DNA of 64,000 nt from Mobula hypostoma (lineage: Eukaryota). The position numbers were made by a program, and so were the translations under genes. Shown here piece by piece: positions 13,160-25,949 of this stretch; within the stretch, counting starts at the first letter, position 1, and each line of letters opens with the position of its first letter. The notes beneath the pieces are model-generated. The model worked only from the letters and a program-made list of their open reading frames with translations. It was not told the DNA's origin and did not search any database. The stretch is taken from NCBI RefSeq assembly GCF_963921235.1, contig NC_086109.1, positions 19,222,001-19,286,000 of the forward strand. Reading direction: 5' to 3'.

Positions 13160-13527
13160 ATAAAGATTACTTTTATTTGTTATATGTACATTGAACCAAT
13201 TTCCCCCGGGATCAATAAGGTATGACTATGACTATGACTATGACTATGACTAAACATCAAAAGATGAAATGTGTCAAGACCAACACAGTCTGGAGATCTG
13301 TTGGAGAGTAGCCCACAAGTGTTAGTAAGTTGTGAGCATGTTAGTAAGTTAGCAAGTTAGTAAGTTGTGGTGGGCATTCTATGTTAGCGTCAGAAGCGTG
13401 CTTTCAGCACCAACATAGAAGGCCCACAACCTGCTAACCCTTACTAACTTGCATGGAGAATGGTGGGAATTGAACCCCAGTTGTTGGTGCTGCAAAGCTT
13501 TACGCTAACCACTATGCTACCGTGCCT
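13160..13527 (-). mobile_element. tRNA-derived SINE (HE1/V-SINE-like), rearranged
   Basis: Minus-strand head GGCACGGTAGCATAGTGGTTAGC (A box)..GGTTCAATTCC (B box). Confidence 0.65.
13195..13252 (+). mobile_element. Very short LINE 3'-terminal insertion with (ATGACT)n tail
   Basis: ccaatttcccccgggatcaataaggt followed by (atgact)x4-5. Confidence 0.6.
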
Positions 13528-14519
13528 TTAGAGAGGGCATGGAAGAGTTTTACATGTATGAAACCAGTGTTGAAGTTACATGCTAAAAAATAAAGAACTT
13601 AAAGACCTTCTCCTCAGAGGTGAGAAGGTTAAAGGGAGATCTGATAGAAAGTGTTCAAAATCTTGAAGGGATACAATTGGAGTAAATAAACAGAAACAAT
13701 CAGAAATCAGGTTTAATATCATTGCATATGATGGGACGTGTGTTGTTTTGCAGCAGCAATAGAGTGCAATACACAAAAAAGCTATCAATTACAAAAAGAA
13801 ATATATATATAGCATATACATTAAATAAGTAGTGCAAAAAAAGTAATAAAGTGAGGTAGTGTTCATGGACTCTACTTTTCACGCAGTAATGCTAGCAAAG
13901 AGAAGACACATATCTAGAGAATGGGCATATAAAGAAAAATGTTACATAACGTGCTGTGATTGAGAATGCATTGCTTAAATGAGACTGGAAGTAACCTTCA
14001 AAAGTGGATTTGGTAAATAATTGAATAGGCAACTTTGCAGGACAAGAGAAGCAAACTACAACACATCAGGTATGTAACTCTTTCACAAAACACTTTGAAA
14101 ACAATGATCAGGTAGTAACTGTGGAAAGATAAACAGAGTTAACATTTCAGGTCTGAGACCTTTTGTCCGATTTACATACATTAACATCATTTATGTTCTT
14201 ATGTAAACCAGTGGCTCCTGTGAAGAAAATGACTGCACATTTATAAAAAATGTTGTATTTTTCAATTATTGAATTCTATGGAAACTTTGTGCTTGTATGG
14301 AGTCTAGATACTTGAAAGAAATGGCCATGCTTCTACAACAGGAAGATTGATTTCCTGACCCCAGTAGTAGCATTGGCATGTATCAACATATGAGAAATTC
14401 AGTACTTTGACCAAATTTCTAGTCCTTTTTTTAATATAACCAGTGTTCTCCAGAAATCAGCACTACAGTTGTTAATATAAATCTGGAAAAGGGTCGCAGA
14501 GCTGTAATTTATTTTTGCT

Positions 14520-14712
14520 TTACTTAGCGATACAGCATGGTAATAGGTCCATCTAACCCACCTACACTCATGCGACCAATTAGGTTTCTAACTCGTACAT
14601 CTTTGCAATGTGGGAGGAAACCAGAGCACCTGGAGGAAACCCCCCCCAGTCACGGGGATAACTTGTCAACTCCATACAGACAGATGCAGAATTGAACCCA
14701 GGTTTCTGATAC
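14520..14712 (-). mobile_element. V-SINE/HE1-like SINE
   Basis: tgtgggaggaaaccagagcacctggaggaaacc is the reverse complement of the V-domain core. Confidence 0.7.
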
Positions 14713-16719
14713 TATTGTGCTATTGTTTTCTATTATTCTATGACTATACTATCATTCCACCCCATACACTAATCACTATACTACTATGTTACACTCTTTC
14801 CATAGATATTATCTGGGATTTGTTGAGTGTTTCCAGCATTTCCTGTTTTTATTTCAGAACTTCAGCATCTGAAGGGATTGTTAAAATTTCATTAATGTAT
14901 ATCTAATTATTGGCAGGCATTATTCTTCGTGGAAAGGCATTTACATTTCAAACGAAGTAGGGAGACAATGAAATTTGAAAGGCCAGTTAATTCAAATCGC
15001 TTTGTGGCACATTTGCATTCTGATGGAGTCCTATCAAGTTGTTTGACGGCCTACCGAAGTGTCATCCAATAATTGGTTGTTACCGTCGAAGGAGAATCCA
15101 AAGGAAGGGGAATGAGCTGAAGTAGTTTCGATTAAGCTTAAACGTCCTGTTGGGATTTATTCACTCCAAATACTTACCAATTGGAGTTAAAATTCTTGCA
15201 AATATTACACCAGATCTGTATTGGCACGAACCATGCCTAGCTGCTGAGGTGTCACGACCTCTCCTTTACTGCCATTATAGTAAAATGTGACTTGGTGCCA
15301 GCCATCTGCAGAGGAAGCTCAAATGGTGAAGTTCATTTTGTGTGTGTGTTTTTTTTTTGCTTCATTGCATTTTGAAAATCAGGCCTGCCTCAGTGAGAGC
15401 CAAGAGTTAATACTGTAGAGTTTTCATATCTGGTCCATTAGGCCAAGATGACTGAATCTGGTCATGGGCAAAATTTTCAGGTTTGGTCGGTGTGTAGGTT
15501 CAACCCTAATGCTACGAGAGATGGACTCAAAGAAAATTTATATCATGGAAGGAGGCCATTTGGCCCATTGCACCAGTGCAAAGAAGAACTAGCAAGCTTG
15601 ATCCCACCCTCCTGCAGTAAGTCCAAAGCCCTGCATGCCACAGTTCCTGGAAGGTGAAGAAGAATTTTGTTTCTACCAGCCTTTCAGTCAGTGAGTTCCA
15701 GGCCCCTATATCCCTCCAGTTCAAAACTTTTTTTCTCATTTCTCCTCTAATCTTTCTATTGATTACTTTATATTTATATTTAATTTAAATATTACATTTT
15801 TGACCCATCCTCCATGGAAACAGAACTCTCCTATTAGTTCTATCTTGGCCCCTCATGGTTTTATATACCTCAGTTAAATGTCTTTATCCTCTTCTAAAAC
15901 CTACTTTAGTACTTCCAATCTTTCCCCTTTATGGCAGTTTTCTGTTCTGGAAACATCTTTGTAGATCTCCCCTGCCCCGACGTCAGTGCAATCACATTTT
16001 TACTATTATGTAACATCTGACAGAACTCAAGTTATGTTTATACACAGTTCTAATATAACCTTCCTGAACAGATATCCCATGGCTCTGCTTATAAGGAAAA
16101 ATCCTGCATGCCATTTTAAACACCTTGTCCCAGCACCTTTCAGGATTTGTGGATCCTTAGTTCTTCCATGCCTCTCAATTTCCTCCCATTTATCATATAT
16201 TCCCTTACTTCGTATACTTCCCCGAACGAATGACCTCTGACTGCACTGGGTTAAATTTCACTTGTCACACTTCTGCCCAACAAGTCAGGCAATTTACACT
16301 TGTACTGTTGACCTGAGACATTCTCAGTTTCTTTTCCACAGATCCTGCCTGACCTGCTACATTTTGCCAATTTTTTCCGCTTTTATTCCAGGTGTCTAGC
16401 AGCTGGAAGTTTTGTCTATATTATATCTATAATTTGTCCTCTTGGAGTTAAGGGCTTGCTTCTATAATGTTCTCGCAGTCAGCCAGGTGGCCAACTCTGT
16501 ATCACATCCAAATTTCCTCCTCATTTGCCATACTTGTCGATGTCCTGCTACTGATGGTGCGATGAGATAGAGATGAATATGCGGGCACTCAGCTGCCGTT
16601 GGTCTAAGGAAGACAGCATTAAGAGTCCTAATTTAAGAGATGGAGTTGCTTTACCTCATCACCGGTACCAGTCTACCCAACATCTAGGACGGAAATAAGA
16701 AACGTGCTGGAAAAACGCC

Positions 16720-17185
16720 AGCAATATCAAAAAGAATCCCACCACACTGCTCATGGACTATTTGTCCCACTTCCTCCAGGGAAGTGGCTTGCATGCCAGG
16801 ACCACCAGACTTAAAAACAGTTACTTCCTCCAAGTTGTCAGGCTGATCAACTCCTCCACCTATTAACCCACCCCACCACCAGTACATTAAGATGTCCTGT
16901 CAGGGTTACCTTATGTACAGATACTCCTTGACTTAGTTCACTCAGTCTATGTATGTAATCTGATCTTACGTATTTATTGTGTTTTTTTTATTGCAAGGGT
17001 TCCCAGCCTGGAGTCTACAGACCCTTTGGTTAATGGTAGGGGCTCATGGCATAAAAAGTTGGAAACCCCTGCTTTATTGTGTTCTTTATACTTACTGTAT
17101 TTTTATGCTGCATTGGATTGGGAGGGACAAGCATTTGTTTCTCTTTTACACTCGTGTACTGACAAATGACAATAAACAGTCTTGA
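16720..17185 (+). mobile_element. Rex1-type 3' end fragment
   Basis: accaccagacttaaaaacagttacttcc..aataaacagtcttga. Confidence 0.55.
16994..17071. mobile_element. hAT (Charlie-like) MITE, 78 bp
   Basis: TIR CAAGGGTTCCCA/TGGAAACCCCTG; 8-bp TSD ttttattg/ctttattg. Confidence 0.7.
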
Positions 17186-17779
17186 ACACTCCTGTGAAAG
17201 TTAGAGGAAGTGATGTTCCTCTTTTGCCAGACAGTGGAAAAAAAATGCTTCCTTCATGGCCAATGAACTGATTATAAGATCTCACCATTAGAAACTATCC
17301 AATTTAAGCACTGCATTAGTTTGGATTTATAGATAACTCAAGGCAGAATTATGCCCAGCTGTTGGTGACGCTTGCCCAGCAACCTTAGCCAATAGGAGAA
17401 TTACTTGTAAAATGAGCTTCAAACTGAATTCATCCATTGGGTCGTAATATTCCTGCATTATAAGCACTTTTAGAAGAGCAGGGAAGTTATAACTAACTTG
17501 TAAGACTCTTTAATTCTGCCACCTGACTTTCATTTTATGTTTGTGCTTTAAAGGATGGTGCTTGCCAGAGCAGAAAGTGCAAACCAGCTCCAAATGGCAT
17601 TTCTCACATTCCTTGGCTCTTTCGTGATTGGCCCATTAACCCTAAGCTTTGTGAAGCTGTACTTCTGCTGCAGTTTAATTAAATGCAATCTGAGAAAATG
17701 GAGTATTTGCTGATAGTTATTTCCCTTTACTTTTACAGTTCTGAACAAGACGAATGGAGGATTAAAGGTTTATTTACAG

Positions 17780-18525
17780 TTGCAGCGCGATGTACAAGGG
17801 CTGAATCGAGGCAGTGGGACTTGAGCCTAAGAGCATTGAGCGAGCCAATGTTTGGCCATTGCTGGAGTGGATATGAAGCTGAATCAAAGTGAACTGAGTC
17901 AAAGCAGCATGGCCTGGGCCTGAGGATGAGGAACAAGCCGATGTTTGACCGAGTGAAGTACTGGGACAGATTGGAAAGATTGGGTATGGGTGGAATCGAG
18001 ATACCAGGTCCAGACCCAAGAACATATCAAAGTGGCAGAGTCCAGGACTGAGAGTGAGGAACGACACGATATTTGGCTGATTTAAAAACCGGACAAGATA
18101 GAAAAGGTCAGGCTGTTGGGGCCAGAGGCAAGGAGCAGGTTGATGTTCAGCTTCCTGCTCACAGGGTTTCTTCATCTGTGTACTGAACTGAGAGTGTGGC
18201 CTGCAGCAAATGTGTTCCTGGATTGGCTGAGACCGGATTCATGGCTGTGGACTCACTTTCATGAACTACAGTTCTGAGTGTTATTTGCTCACTGTTATTG
18301 CTTGCACAAGTTGTTTTTTTTTTCTCTGGACATTGGGTGTTGGACGGTCTTTTTTGAATGGGTTCTATTGGGTCACTTAGTTTTGTGGCTGACTGTAAGG
18401 AGATGAATCTCAGGTGTGTATATAGTATATGTACTTTGAAAATAAGGGAGGGAGGGAACGTTGACTCAGACAATGAGAGGCCTGCATCGGGCATTTTCAT
18501 GTACTTTTAACTTTGAACTTTGATT
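17780..18525 (+). mobile_element. Non-autonomous LINE-derived repeat with (TTTGAAC) tail
   Basis: 3' part matches the tails at 4600-4920 and 52380-52640. Confidence 0.5.
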
Positions 18526-18609
18526 TTTACAGCTCAGTTGGAGGGAAGCAGAGAGGGACATAATGTTCCCACAAACTTTTTTTCTGTGATTTCATTGTAA
18601 TTTTTAGAA

Positions 18610-19560
18610 CTGACCTGGATGAAGAAGTGGAGGGATAGGTTAGTAAATTCGCTGATGACACAAAGGTTGGGGGTGTTGTGGATAGTGTGGAAGGCTGTCA
18701 GAGGTTACAGTGGGACATTGATAGGATGCAAAACTGGGCTGAGAAGTAGCAGATGGAATTCAACCCAGATAGGTGTGAGGTGGTTCATTTTGGTAGGTCA
18801 AATATGATGGCAGGATATAATATTAATGGTATGACTCTTGGCAGTGTGGAGGATCAGGGGGATCTTGGGGTCCGAGTCCATAGGACACTCAAAGCTACTA
18901 CGCAGGTTGACTCGGTGCTTAAGAAAGCATACGGTGCATTGGCCTTCATCAATCATGGGATTGAGTTTAAAAGCCGAGAGGTAATGTTGCAGCTGTATAG
19001 GACCCTGATCAGACCCCACTTGGAGTACTGTGCTCAGTTCCGGTCACCTCACTACAGGAAGGATGTGGAAACTATAGAAAGGATGCAGAGGAGATTTACA
19101 AGGATGTTGCCTGGATTGGGGAGCATGCCTTATGTGAATAGGTTGAGTGAACTCGGCTTTTTTCCTTTGGAGCGACGGAGGATGAGAGGTGACCTGTCAG
19201 AGGTGTATAAGATGATGAGAGGCATTGATCATGTGGATAGTCAGAGGCTTTTTCCCAGGGCTGAAATGGTTGCCACAAGAGGACACAGGTTTAGGGTGCT
19301 GGGGAGTAGGTACAGAGGAGATGTCAGGGGTAAGTTTTTTACACCGAGAGTGGTGAGTGTGTGGAATGGGCTGCCGGTGACGGTGGTGGAGGTGGACACA
19401 ATAGGGTCTTTTAAGAGACTCCTGAACAGGTACATGGAGCTCAGAAAAATAGAGGGCTATGGGTAACCCTAGGAAATTTCTCAGGTAAGGACATGTTTGG
19501 CACAGCTTTGTGGGCCGAAAGGCCTGTATTGTGCTGTAGGTTTTCTATGTTTCTATGTCT
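18610..19560 (+). mobile_element. CR1 LINE, 5'-truncated (RT C-terminus), ORF 18753-19466
   Basis: KFADDTK, FNPDRCEVVHFG, LYRTLIRPHLEYCAQF, TRGH, WNGLP; (TTCTATGT)n tail. Confidence 0.9.
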
Positions 19561-19719
19561 CAAACTTGGATAAGCAGGTTGTCTCTTTCTCTAGATGACC
19601 AAAGAATGGAGGCCAGATAGCTGTGATTGGATGGAAAAATCTTTATACTTGTGGTAGAGTTTACAGCCGGGGTTATTAACATAAGATAGTTACTAATAAA
19701 TCCATTTAAATATTAATAA

Positions 19720-20025
19720 TTAGCTTTATTTTCACATGTACATCAAAATATTGAAACCTACAGCAAAAAGTGTTGCTTGCATCAACAACCACAGTCTGGA
19801 TATGGGCTGGGGAAGGTCCACATGAGCTGCCATTTTCTCAGTGCCCACATAGCATGCCCTCACTACTTACTAATCCATATATCTTTGGAATGTGGGAGGA
19901 AACTGGAGCACCCGGAGGATATCCGCAGTCATGGAGAGGATGTATAAACTTCTCAGCGGTGGGAATTGAACCCAGATTGGTGATTGCTGGTAACAGCATT
20001 ATGCTAACCACTATGTTACCATGAC
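19720..20025 (-). mobile_element. V-SINE/HE1-like SINE
   Basis: V-core plus A/B-box head on the minus strand. Confidence 0.7.
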
Positions 20026-20211
20026 AATCCCCAAAGAGAATGAGGAAAAAAATTTTCCCCCATGAAATAATTGAACCAAGGCGATTGCTACAAAAGGAAG
20101 GAGCTAATGTGCAATTAAAAAGAATTTGGATTGAGGGATAAAAGGCATAAAATGAAATGCTTATGTTTGGGTGAAAAGAAATAAGAGGAAGTTAGTGTAC
20201 AGAGTAGATAC

Positions 20212-20336
20212 GAGGAATTCTGCAGATGCTGGAAATTCAAGCAACACACATCAAAGTTGCTGGTGAACTCAGCAGGCCAGGCAGCAACTCTAGGAAGAGG
20301 TACAGTCGACGTTTCCGGCCGAGACCCTTCGTCAGG
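20212..20336 (-). mobile_element. Penelope pseudo-LTR remnant with minimal hammerhead
   Basis: Minus strand CTGACGAAGGGTCTCGGCCGGAAACGTCGACTG (20303-20335); imperfect TSD gtacagagtagatac/gtacagtgtagatgc. Confidence 0.75.
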
Positions 20337-20499
20337 TACAGTGTAGATGCCAGCTCAGATCAGTTGGGTCAAGTGGCTTCTTCTTGTACATAAGACTTTG
20401 TGAGATTCGATATCAATGCCAGAATCAGGTTTATTATCACTGAACAAGGAATATTAAAAAAATAAAGGAGTAGTGTGAAAAGAAAGGAACATACTGAGC

Positions 20500-20740
20500 A
20501 AGTGGGAAGTTGAAACTACTCACTCTTTCCACCGTTAACTCCTCCGTGAAGACTGCTGTGTGTTTCCCCCGACTTTTCCTTACTGAAGTCCACAATCAAT
20601 TCCTTACTTTTATTGACATTGAGTTCAAGGTTGTTGTTGTTTCACACTCAACCGGCCAACATATCTCACCTCTGTACGCTTACTCGTCATTATCTGAGGT
20701 TCTGCCAACTGTTGTGTCATTGGTGAATTTATAGCCACGT
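20500..20740 (-). mobile_element. Rex1-type RT fragment
   Basis: Minus strand resembles KFTNDTTVG..NNNLELNVNKSKELIVDF..VERVSSF. Confidence 0.55.
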
Positions 20741-20849
20741 TTGCATAAGAAACATAAGCAGGAAGAGGTCATTCATCACACTGAGTCTGCTCCACCATTC
20801 AAGATTATGGCTAAAATATCTTTCCAATCTCATCTGGGATCCATATATC

Positions 20850-21212
20850 TCTCAACTGTAGACTGAATACAGAGGAGCGGAGTTGACAACATTACTGAAC
20901 CTGTTCGATTTAAGATATTAGTCTAGCCTTGTTTTGTTCCGTTTGCCTTTTTGGGTTTAGTATTTAGTTCTTTTGTTTTATTTTTTGGGGGGGTTTCTTT
21001 GTATTTTTTTTTCTTTTTATTTCTTTTTTTCTATGATTAATTATATTGTGAGTTTGGAAGTCTACTATACCTGTGTTATCTGAATTTTTTGAAATTATAT
21101 GTTTATTAACAATAAGATTATTCCATTCTCTTTGTATCGACAATGTTATTTTGTTTATAATCTTGGAAAAATTAATAAAAAGATTTAAAAAAAAGAAAGA
21201 AAGAATGAATGA
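20850..21212 (+). mobile_element. L1/Tx1-type 3' UTR with A-rich tail
   Basis: T-rich UTR, AATAAA at ~21174, then an aaaaaaaagaaagaaagaatgaatg tail. Confidence 0.5.
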
Positions 21213-23704
21213 ATAAGTCCACTCCCTTCTGAGGTTACAGATCACTTAACACACTGTGGTCATTAGCAATTGGTCTGTTAATTATCTAATGATGCCTTGT
21301 CTGTTTGTCAGAAAGTTTCAAAGGTATCCAAGAAATATATGCTCTTCTTGATTTTACTACACTGGAAATGCCAATGCAATTTTCTCACTCTCCAACAGGA
21401 AAATGGAGTCTGTTGGCATCGTTGTCACTTCCTCTCAGAGTACCTGCAGCCTAAAGATGCTGAATTTCTGTGTTACAAACTGGGAGAATGAAATGAACCA
21501 GAAAAAGGACTAATAGGTTCTCTTGACTAAGACAATTTGTTCTGATTACCATTTAGACTCTTAGGAAAGCAGAACAAAAAGTCTTTAGCCTGGGAGCCCA
21601 AGGGACTGCATTATTGGAATCTTTTCAGGCGCATAGCAACTTCCTTTGTTTACCTTTAGAATTTTAACACCAAAAATAGGAGGGCAATTAGACTGTATCA
21701 TTGTTGTTAGTGTGAGCCATTTCTAATTCTCTAATGGCAATATCCAGGGATAATTTACACCATTCCTATATTCCTCTTTTCAACAAAGAAAAACACAATT
21801 TAAAAAGGAAAACACATTGCTTGTCTGCTGAGGCATGGTTGCTGCTTCACTAATGAGATTCAGTGGACTCAGGATGCTTAGAAGCAAGTGTAGTTATGAC
21901 CTCCTTTTCATTCAAGCAATTAATACAGAATTGCTATTTCAGGTATTCATTTCCTTCCACATTTCTTTCCATCATTACCACATTTTTATCACCGCTATTT
22001 ATCTGCCCCTTGCAACCTGCCTTTCCAAGTTCCAAAATTCCATCTCAGCAGGGACTAGGCAGAATATCAGTTGTGCATAGGCTAGATGGGCCAAAGGGCC
22101 TGTTTACGTGCTGTGTTGTTCCAATATTCAAAGAGTAATTCTATAAAACTTGGCACTGGGTTGTGATTTATATGAAGCATTTGGAGTTCTTAGTGGTGTC
22201 CAAATAATAACTTGTGGAAGCTGTCGCTAGCAATGGAATGCTGTCATGAATTGAATCAATTCTTGTGTCTGAGACAGGCGCCTGTACCTCTGAATTCCTC
22301 TCCCGAGATTATGGTGCAAAGTCTAAGCTGAATCCAGTGCAGTATTGAATAAGTGCTGCACTGCCCAAAGTGCCATCTTTTTCAAGACACTTGAAGACCT
22401 AGGACATGTCAGTCTCATTGGGGGATGCAGAAAAGTCTGTTACACAACAATGAAGCACAGCAGGGACATTCTCTCAGTAATCCTGGAAAATACTTGCCTT
22501 AGACCAGCATTACTGAAACTTGCAGGAAATTTAACAAGAGCTGAACATTAAAAAAAAAGTTTCAGATTTATGTAACACTCTCATACACCTCATTACTTTC
22601 TAGACAATAATGTGATTTTTCTTATATAATCATCTTTGTAATATCAGAAACTTAACAACCAACTTTCGGAGAACAAGGTCACCTAAACAGCAATGAAGAG
22701 GCAATTCATTCCAACAGGGACTTAATATCTAAAAGTTTTTCTTTGGCCATAAAGACCGATGTAAAAATAAGTTCCTTCCTTCTGTTAGGAGCCCTCAATG
22801 TGGGTAAGTCAGAGAAACTTCTCTACTTACTCCTTTGTCTCAACATTTATTTTTGGATACCTGAGTTTATGTAATGTGAATAAATTCAAATAGTCTTTGA
22901 AATGTTTCAAAGTCAAGAGATAAAATTTATTATCTGCTACCTCCTACCAACTGAGTATTGACTGCGGGTGTCCTACAAAATCTTGTGCCTGGTTCTTTGA
23001 AATGATAAGTTAGTTTGACAAGTAAAGATAAGGCAAAAGTTTCCTGGTTGAAAGGTTCTGCCTCAGTTTTCCTCCAAGACTACTCGAGCGGAACAAACCA
23101 GCTTGTGCTTTCCTTGGAGAACTAAAGTCAGTCATAACTAACATTTTGTGGTTGATCTAAGCTGTTGCTTGTTATTACGGCCCTGTTGTCTGCCACAGGG
23201 AACTCTTTTCTGAATGTACTTGCAGACTTACATAACCCTACAGTTGATTAATCTTTTCAATACTTATTGGTGGTGCAACATAGTTATTGAAGTCTTAAGG
23301 TACACTATTTAGGCAACAGCATTACAAAGAATTAAACAATATTACCCATTTCCTGCATTGGATAGTTTCAATAAACTTAAAATTATTTTCATCTTGGTTT
23401 CCTTAACTTAAGCTAATTCTAGTATCATACATCTGCATGCTTTTCTTTCTATTGAGTTCTTTTTCACAATATTCTTGCTCCCCATCTTAAATGCCCACAG
23501 CCATAACATATGGCATTGTAAGCAGCTTAATGCATTAACTTAGCTAGCTGTACCCTTCTCTGATTTGACTGTTTAATGCGTGTCGTAGTTCCATTATATT
23601 TTGCTGAAGAATTTAACTCCAGTTAATTAAATAAACCTGGATTTTGAAAGATAGCATAGTTAATGGTGACAATAAAATTACAGCATTATCATAAAACCAC
23701 TATC

Positions 23705-24220
23705 TACACCCAATGGGCCCTTTATTAGGTATATCTGTACAGCTGCTCGTTAATGCAAATATCTAATCAGTCAATCATGTGACAGCAGCCCAATGCATGA
23801 AAGTATGCAGACATGGTCAAGAGGTTCAGCTGTTGTTCGGACCAAATATCAGAAGAGGGAAGAAATGTGCCCTAAGTGACTTTGACTGTGGAATGATTGT
23901 TGGTGCCAGACAGGGTGGTTTGAGTATCTCAAAAACTGCTGACCTCCTGGGATTTTCACACACAACAGTTTGCAGAGCTTACAGTCAATGGTCTGAGAAA
24001 CAATAAAGGCATCCAGCGAGCAGCAATTCTGTGGGCAAAAATGCTTTGTTAATGAGAAGAACAACCAGACTAGATCAAGTTGACAAGAAGACAGCAGTAA
24101 CTCAAAAAAACAAATGTTACAACAGTGGTGTGCAGAAGAGCATCTCTGAATGCAAAACATGTTGAAGCTTGAAGTGGACGGGCTACAGCAGCAGAAGAGC
24201 ATGAACGTGCACTCCGTGTA
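23705..24220 (+). mobile_element. Tc1-like internally deleted DNA transposon
   Basis: TIR-like TACACCCAATGGGCCCTTTATTAGGT; HTH remnant GKKCALSDFDCGMIVGARQGGLSISKTADLLGFSHTTV. Confidence 0.8.
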
Positions 24221-25261
24221 TGTTCATTCACCCAGTGCATGACATAAAATTTATTGTTTCGTGACAGGAGTATAATACATAATATAAGTCACAAAATTAA
24301 ATTAATAAATAGTGTGAGATCTGATGATTGAGAGAAGAATTACTTGCAAAAATGTCGAGTCTCGGTCATTTCATCACATGACATAATCCAAAAGAAATAA
24401 TTATTCTGCAAAACCAACATTAAGATTGTGCCAGGAATGAGTGGCAGTATCCTGAGGGGAACAGCAACCAGGTGTTTCAGTGTCTCGACCCTATCCTCTG
24501 CTGAGAAGGTGTCACAAAATTTTGGTTTATTATAACGTGATTCAGATCTAATCAATGTGTTCAAAAATGTTGTTTCATCAAGCAATTAAGTAACAAGAAA
24601 GAACAAATATTTTGCACAATTAAATGTTTTCCCATTCCTTCTGTTGTCAGAGTCCCCTGGTTACAGTATTTATGAATAATCCTTGATACTAGTTGGCCAT
24701 AACTATAGTTTGAAGGGAAATTTGACTGAATAAATCCAGGAAAGAAGCAATTCTCAAGAGAATAATTCCTTCTGCTGTTGGGGCTCCCAGCAATGGTGAT
24801 TACTGACGTATCTACTCTGCTTTGGCCTTTAGCACCGTTCACAATCCTGATCTTAACGAGAAATCCAATAAACTAGCGGTGAATCACTATATACATGATT
24901 AAGCACCTTTCTGTCATATGACCGATCATTACATCAACCAGTTTTAATCAAGCTGCTTGCCATATTATTGACATTTATCATTACCACACGTTTATTGTAC
25001 AATTTTAGTTGCACATGTCACAGGGTTTTAAAAAAAGTAAGTAGGTTTACAATATCAGCATTCTAAACTAGTCGCAAAGTGCAAGCTGCCTTCCACATTG
25101 TACTACTGAGTCGCACATTAAACTGCTATGGAATTGCACCAGAGCTCACTCGGACGTTATCCTGCCCTGGCAAAGTTCACCCTTTCTCAGGTCCTGACAT
25201 CTATGCTTGTCTTTCAAACCCCTTTCAGGGGATCGAGTAGCAGTGGAGTTCCATCTTTGCA

Positions 25262-25920
25262 AAATTCAAAGTAAATTTATTATCAAAATATGTATATGTT
25301 ACCATATACTACCCTGAGATACATTTTCATGTGGGTATTTACGGATTAATGAAGAACTACACTCAAAGGTGGGCAAACAGCTAATGTCCAAATGAAAGTG
25401 AAATTTGCATATATATAAATAATATTGAGAACATGAGGTGTAGAGTTATTGAAAGTGAGTATATCGGGCCGGCTGGTGGCACAACGACATCGGCACCGGA
25501 CCCGAGAGCAGAGGTTTCTGGGTTCGAAACTAGTCAGGTCCGCTCCCGAGTACGCTTTCCATCCGTGCCGGGTTGAGTGTCGGGATCGCAACTCGACCTC
25601 GTAAAATAAAGGGAAAATACTATGAAAATGTCTGTGCAAGGAGTGGTGCGCCACACAGTCTGTACCTCTCACTCCGCGCCTTGTAAAAAGCCATGAAAAA
25701 GACATCATCATGGACGCATGCACGGACACGCCAAAAAAAAAAGAAAGTGAGCCCATAGGTTATGGAATTAGTTCAGTGTTGGAATGAGTGAAGTAATCCA
25801 CACTGGTTAAGGAGTCTGGTGGTTGAATTGTTCCTGTACCTGAAGGTGTGGGACCTAAGGCTCCTGTACCTCATTCCCAATGGTAAAAATAGGAAGATGG
25901 CATGGTCTTTGTCACAGCTG
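25262..25920 (-). mobile_element. Rex1-type 3' end repeat, split by a SINE
   Basis: ttcaaagtaaatttattatcaaa tail; continuity across the 25460-25742 insertion. Confidence 0.6.
25460..25742 (+). mobile_element. Young poly(A)-tailed tRNA-related SINE, distinct from the V-SINEs
   Basis: A-box-like TGGCACAACGA, B-box-like GGTTCGAAACT, CpG-rich, A10 tail, TSD gaaagtgag at 25451-25459 and 25743-25751. Confidence 0.75.
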
Positions 25921-25949
25921 TAGCAGATATATTCTACGGTAAATACAGA

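Noticed and set aside
13465..13527. tRNA gene
   Set aside because: A/B boxes belong to a SINE head; no full cloverleaf.
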